DNA from: Mobula hypostoma
Taxonomy: Eukaryota
DNA: 64,000 bases
Direction: 5' to 3'
NCBI RefSeq assembly: GCF_963921235.1
Contig: NC_086108.1
Location: 17,918,001 to 17,982,000 of the forward strand
Within the stretch, counting starts at the first letter, position 1; each line of letters begins with the position of its first letter. Positions 58,305 through 64,000 of this stretch are shown in pieces. The translations under genes were made by a program, and so were the position numbers. The notes beneath the pieces are model-generated. The model had not been told where the DNA came from. It did no database searches and saw only the letters and a list, made by a program, of their open reading frames with translations.

Positions 58305-60519
58305 GTTTCACTCCTGGACAAGCAAACCTGGCAAGGAACTACAGAGGTAATCAAAAGTGGATACTTGGAAAGTTTAAGGACAGAACCGGACCATCCTTCT
58401 ACACAGCGGAGATTGTACCTGATGTTATCTGTAGATGACACATCGATCTGTTGAGAAGGGAAGAATCAATTGTTTGAAAAGGTGTACAGTACTGTCAGAA
58501 TCTCTTGCTGAAGTCCCCAAGTCAACTCCTACGACCACCACTGAGGAGGCCCCAGAACCTGAGATCGTTTCACAGCCACAAATCGTTCGCCAAGCAGAGT
58601 GAACCCCACTGAGAGAAAAGATGTTATCCCACAAGAATATGAAATACTCCGCTGTGATTAAATCTTTAGGCCTGAATGGGACCATTTAAAATTTACAAAG
58701 TTGTGGATATCTGTATAGTAGTTGTATTATATAGTAAAGTGTATATAGTGTATAGTTAAGATGACTAGAGAGTGATACATTACGTATTTGAGTTGAGATG
58801 AATTCTATACTCATGGAGTGTATAGCTAAGCAGGGAGGAGTGTAGAGTATTTAGTATTTCTGTAATATTTGAGTAATATTGTAAATAGTTTGATTAAGCA
58901 TTTTTTGTTTGTTTACATAATTCATTATGTGTTTTATGTAAAAAGTACGTGAATGGCATACGTCATACGCCACCACGTCATATGTGAGCAGCGTACTCAA
59001 GAGAAACTAAGTAGATGAACATCCCGCTCCTTGTTTTTTAAAATTAATTTCTGGGGTTACAAAACATAACAAGGGAGTGGCTGATAGGGAAAAGGCGACA
59101 GCAGGTAGTTTGGCTCCTGTGGCACCATGAAATCCCTCAGCATGCATTCCAATGTATTAACATTCCAAAATCAATAAGTTCAATAGGTTCAATTTAATGT
59201 CAGAGAAATGTATACAATATACATCCTGAAATTCTTTCTCTTCGCAAACATCCACGAAAACAGAGGAGTGCCCCAAGAATGAATGACAGTTAATTTTTGG
59301 AACCCCAAACCCCACCCCCCCAGCTCCTCCTCCCACACACAAGCAGCAGCAAAGCGATGATCCCCCTCCTCACCAGCAAAAAGCATCTGCACCCTCCACC
59401 GAGCACTCAAGCGTGCAACAAAGCATCAATAAAGACACAGACTTGCAGTACTTCATAGATGACTCATTCACCCAAAATTTGACATACCACAGGCTTGCTC
59501 TCTCTCTCCCTAATAAGGGAAAAAGAGGTGTCCCCATTTCACAGTGAGAGGGTAGACTAACAAAACAACTCTCTGATTTATGGTGTTAAAAATCTGTTGT
59601 GTTGCCTTTTCGGAGCTCTGTGCCTTAAGATCTCGGGTCTCTGGGCACACAGCCAGTCACCAGCTTGCTGCTTGTGATCTTCCAACTCCCACGACATACC
59701 AGTTTTCTGTGGCGGCACCAACCTTGAACCTGCCCGCCTCCAGAGCCACGAAAATCTGGCACCCTGAAAGCGCGCTAGTCTTCTAAGCCAGTTGTGTGGT
59801 CCTGAGAGCAGGTCCCATTCCCACAAAGAACCGAAGTCAGCGTTTGGAGGCCAGGCTGATCATCTTATGCTTATAACCCTTGTTCCTGATGCCCTCAGAG
59901 GAAGAAATATCTCTACATTTACCCTTCCCAGGGTCATGTTAAAGCCCCCTCTCTGATTGCCTCAGACAAAGCTCATTTCCTGTGGCTACAGGGAAATAGC
60001 CTGAAACCGATCTTTCAACACCCCCTAAAAAGTTGAGCATTGATTAAATACTTTTGAAGGAAAGTTCCTGATTGATTTATTTGAACACAGTACCTGTATG
60101 GAGCATGGGAAGATCCCATTAGGAAAGGAAAATTAACGATAAAGCTTCTGAGGGCAGAACTCAGGATGATGGCAAATTGCTTTCAGCGATGGAAGGTAAA
60201 GTAAAACAGTAGAGATGTGTAAGTACAGGGGGAAGAAGGAGGTCTATACTCATAGGGCGAGGTAAAGAAATTGGGAGTTGGAGACCAAGTACCAGTATGG
60301 ATCAGTCAGGCTGAATGGCTTGTGTCTATATTGGTAAACCACGTGCTATTTTGAGCAGGAGTAACAGAGGTGCTTTACCTTGTGGTGGTGGGACAGTGAT
60401 ACAGTTGATGGGCTGGCCCTGGGATTTAGAGCAGGAACCAAGATCCATTTAAGCACTATAAGAATAGAAGAGTTGGGACATTATATTGCAACTTCACTCT
60501 ACTTTAATTACGCTGCACT

Positions 60520-61130
60520 TAGGGTGTTATGTACACTTCTCTTCACCACACTACAGGAAGTGTATGCTTGTACTGGAGAGAGTGCACAGGAGTTTCACCA
60601 GAATGTTGCCTGCATTGGAGGATTTTGTTTATGGGGAGAGATTTAACAGGTTCAGCCTGATTTTCTGGAACAAGGGAGGCTGACAGATGACCTGGAGAGA
60701 TAAATAAAATTTTAAGTGGCATGGATAGAGTACTCAGAATCTCTTGCAGAATTTCTGGAGGGGTATCAAAAACAAGAAGGCATAGGTGTAAGCTGAGAAA
60801 AGGGGTGTTAAAGGGGGTCTGAACATAAAGTGTTTTACACAGGGAATTGTTAATATCTGGAACATGCTGCCTGAGGAGATGGAAAACTTAATCATTGCAT
60901 TTAAGGGGCTTTTAAACAGACAACTCAATAGACAAGGCAAAGGACGATATATTCCTCATGTAGTCAAATGGGGTTTGTAGATCGGGGGTTCCCAACCTTT
61001 TTAATGCTATGAACCAATACCATTAAGCAAGGGGCCTGTGGACCCGAATTGGGAACTCCTGATGTAGATGGATGAAAAGGCCAGCTTGGATGTTGTGAGC
61101 ATAAGGGCCTGTCTCAGCTCTACGACTCTA
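60520..61130 (+). mobile_element. Decayed CR1 3' fragment
   Basis: LERVHRSFTRMLP. Confidence 0.75.
60983..61061. mobile_element. 79-bp hAT-type MITE
   Basis: TIRs; TSD ttgtagat/atgtagat matches 7 of 8. Confidence 0.85.
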
Positions 61131-61489
61131 GGAGTCAATGATAATGAGACCTCACTTCACTTGGGTGCAACAGATCATCATGAGTCAGAGATAACTTTGC
61201 TGTGCACTGGCTACCCATCTCTGTGAAACATATATAATCAGCCTTTAGACTATTACTTTACATATTAAGACCACACAGCCACCTGTTTCAGGGCTCCCAA
61301 CAATTGGGGCTGAAGGTAACACTTATGCATCAGTGCTGATCAGCCTATTTTCTTATGATGACCATTTCACCAGAATGTACACATTCACATGCCAATTCCT
61401 GTCCTGTGATATTCACTCATAGACATAAGTTTAGGCATTCCATCAACCAGTGAAACAATTATATGTGCAATGTAATTATGTTACACAGA

Positions 61490-62110
61490 ATATAGAATGT
61501 ATATTACAGTACAGGAATAGGCCCTTTGGCCCACAGTGTTGTGTGGAAGTAATGGCACCCAATTCCTTCTGCCTGCACATTGCCCCTACCCTTCCATTCT
61601 CTACATATTCATATGCCGATATAAGAGCTTCTTAAGTGCCTCCATCTATCATATCTGCCTCCACCACCATCCCTGGCAGTGCATTCCAAGCACCCACTGC
61701 TCTCTGTGTAAAAAGAATTTGAACAGGACCTCTCCTTTGAACTATCTCCCTCTCTCCTTAAATGCATGTCCTCTAGGATTAGATATTTCTATCCTGAGGA
61801 AAAATATACCAGCTGTCTACTTTATCTACATCCTTTTATAATTTTACAAACTTCTATCAGATCTCCCCTCAGCCTTCGTTTTTCGATAGAAAGCAACCCA
61901 AATTTGTCCAACCTCTGCTTGTAGCACATACCCTCTAATCCTGGCAGCATCCTGATTTAACCTTACATGTATCTTTTCCAAAACCTCCATATCCTTCCCA
62001 TAGAATTGAATGCAATATTCCAGATGAGGCCTAACCAGTGTTTTATAAAGTTGCACCATAACTTCTAGACTCTAGAACTCAATGCCTTGACTATTAAAGC
62101 AAGCAAGCCT
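61490..62110 (-). mobile_element. CR1 3' fragment
   Basis: LYKTLVRPHLEYCIQF followed by CR1-type 3' UTR. Confidence 0.8.
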
Positions 62111-63143
62111 TATCTTCTCAAGAAAGGTTTCCACCAAAGAAAATGAAGGGTTTATCTCATAGACTGTGGTCTGTGGTATTGTGATGTTAAAGGGGGGCCT
62201 GAAGGTATGGTGCTCTCTGCAATGTTTTTGGTTCGAGAATATCTGCCTGAATAGGTGTTCACTGTCAAGACAGGCTCTGGGAACCCACTCCTAACTAATC
62301 CCTCAGCCCCCACAGCCTATGTCAGGTAAATTCTCAACTCCCCGTCCTGCCACACTGGTGCGCCCCAAGCTAGTCGCAAGACCAAACCCTTTGCTAGTAA
62401 CCAGTCACAATGCTGGTGCACTGTATGACACAACAACCAAATAGCCTACTCCTGCATCTGATTATCCTGTAACCTCACCCCCCCCACAGGGTTAACTTAT
62501 CATGTTGAAGGTTTTTCTTCACAGATACTGGCTAACCTGCTGAGTCTTTCCAACATTAAAAATAATCTTTATTCCAATTACATATTTATAGGGCAGCACT
62601 GGGAAACTACTTTAACTGGTTTGGAAATACCATTAGCTCTTCTGAATGAGCAGTAACCTTGCAAAGTGAACAATCCAGATTCCAGGAGGTAAAATTGATC
62701 TTGCCATTGCTCTGTGAATGACTCTTACTCTGCTGACTGGTGTGTGTAGTTACAGTATTGCATTGCTGTGCTATTATGCAGTATGTAAGTCTTACTTTAT
62801 TGACTACTGGCAGTGGATCTGCACTGTTCTATAGTGGGTAACCTTACCCTGTTTAATAACTGCTCTTTATTTCCACCTGGTTCTGCAGAGCGAGTGTGCA
62901 GGCATCATGTTGTCTGCAAATGACATGTAGAAATAATGAGCTGTGAAAATTTCAAGATGCTTGTTATCTCCCTCCCAGCCCAAGTATTTTGGTGACAGGC
63001 CTCTCGCTGTGCCTTTTTTCTGCATTCCACATTATTGAACATGATGGGTAGCCTCTCCCACTGAGATTCCCTGCTTTCCAATTAGCATCAAATCCACATT
63101 TGACAGTCAGATTTGCAGTTAATTAAGCTGCCCAGTAATTGAC

Positions 63144-63284
63144 ATGCAGATCATCGAGAGATGGATACCAGAGACGCAGATTATCGGGAGGTGGATACTA
63201 GAGATGCAGATCGTCGAGAGATCGATACTGGAAATGAGGATCATCGTGATCTGATACACAGATCATTGACAGATGGAGACCAGA
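63144..63284 (+). repeat. Degenerate 30-bp tandem repeat, about 4.5 copies
   Basis: atgcagatcatcgagagatggataccagag-like units. Confidence 0.85.
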
Positions 63285-63541
63285 GCTTCTGGAGCCTAGA
63301 AAACTGACTGAAGTTGTTTAACTCCTCAGTAAGATTGAAGCCTCCCTGCTTGAATCACTTCCACACATTAAGGAGGGTGCAATAATCTGCCTTCCTCCCT
63401 CAGTCATTAGAACAGTCACCCATTGTTAACCCTTAAAAGCATCAAATCAGGGAGCATTCTGATTAATGCAATAATTTAAATTGAATCACCAACTCAGAAC
63501 AGATGCAAGGTGCCTCAACTGTCCATCTTAAACCTCTAAAG

Positions 63542-63618
63542 CAAGTCTTCCCAACCTGGGATCCGCTGACACCTTGCTTCATGGTGTCTATGACCTAACG
63601 AAACGTTGGGAACCCCTG
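63542..63618. mobile_element. 77-bp hAT-type MITE
   Basis: Perfect 8-bp TSD CTCTAAAG (63534-63541, 63619-63626). Confidence 0.9.
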
Positions 63619-63698
63619 CTCTAAAGCCTTTGATCTTCTTTGTGGATAATACGACTGTTGGCTACTCTTGAGTACCTGAAGAGGTGTCCATTTTCTCT

Positions 63699-63990
63699 GC
63701 AACACACATCAAAGTTGCTGGTGAACGCAGCAGGCCAGGCAGCATCTCTAGGAAGAGGTACAGTCGACGTTTCAGGCCGAGACCCTTCGTCAGGACTAAC
63801 TGAAGGAAGACTTAGTAAGAGATTTGAAAGTGGGAGGGGGAGGGGGAGATCCAAAATGATAGGAGAAGACAGGAGGGGGAAGGATGGAGCCAAGAGCTGG
63901 ACAGGTGAATGGCAAAGGGGATATGAGAGGATCATGGGACAGGAGGTCCGGGGAGAAAGACAAGGGGGGGTGGGGAACCAGAGGATGGGC
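63699..63990 (-). mobile_element. PLE-derived 3' terminal fragment
   Basis: Reverse match to ~35820-36112. Confidence 0.9.
63762..63797 (-). ncRNA. Minimal hammerhead ribozyme motif with intact core and GUC triplet
   Basis: Minus strand AGTC-CTGACGA-AGGGTCTCGGCCT-GAAA-CGTC-GACT. Confidence 0.8.
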
Positions 63991-64000
63991 TTTATCCCCT

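Larger units (their letters stand above)
49998..59071 (+). mobile_element. Decayed Mag-like Gypsy LTR retrotransposon with five nested insertions
   Basis: LTRs 49998-50227 and 58841-59071 (TGTA...TAACA); PBS-like tagtgacgagga (tRNA-Ser-like); PPT before 58841; flanks AGGGG/AGGGA; gag YSLLKSLTAPTKP with two knuckle remnants, LDTGSSVS, CYLDDIIV, VKLACDA, VVDTDTKWPEV, NGPQF. Confidence 0.9.

Overview
Eukaryotic, vertebrate-type, very repeat-dense non-genic or intronic DNA. The repeat families (V-SINE/HE1-like SINEs, CR1 LINEs, Rex1-type LINEs, Neptune-type Penelope elements) suggest a cartilaginous fish, probably a ray; this is inference. Main contents: (1) a young 4.86-kb Gmr1-type Gypsy LTR element (4030-8889) with near-identical LTRs, a perfect tRNA-Pro PBS and one uninterrupted 975-aa ORF. 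Its Gag(SCAN)-CCHC-protease part is intact, while integrase, RT and RNase H are reduced to in-frame remnants. (2) A full-length L1 (9411-15238) with both ORFs open and a TSD, but with the endonuclease D205-equivalent changed to Tyr. (3) Two head-to-tail CR1 copies. (4) A 5'-truncated Penelope-like element with a 10-bp TSD, plus many short derivatives carrying a minimal hammerhead ribozyme, several with inverted or fold-back structure. (5) A decayed Mag-like Gypsy element (49998-59071) holding five nested insertions. (6) Solo LTRs, ~80-bp hAT MITEs, Tc1-type MITEs and SINEs. (7) A short ARHGAP19-like coding fragment next to an unexplained 82-bp duplication. No intact host gene was identified. 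Boundaries of old fragments are approximate, and all family calls come from motif recognition, not database searches.
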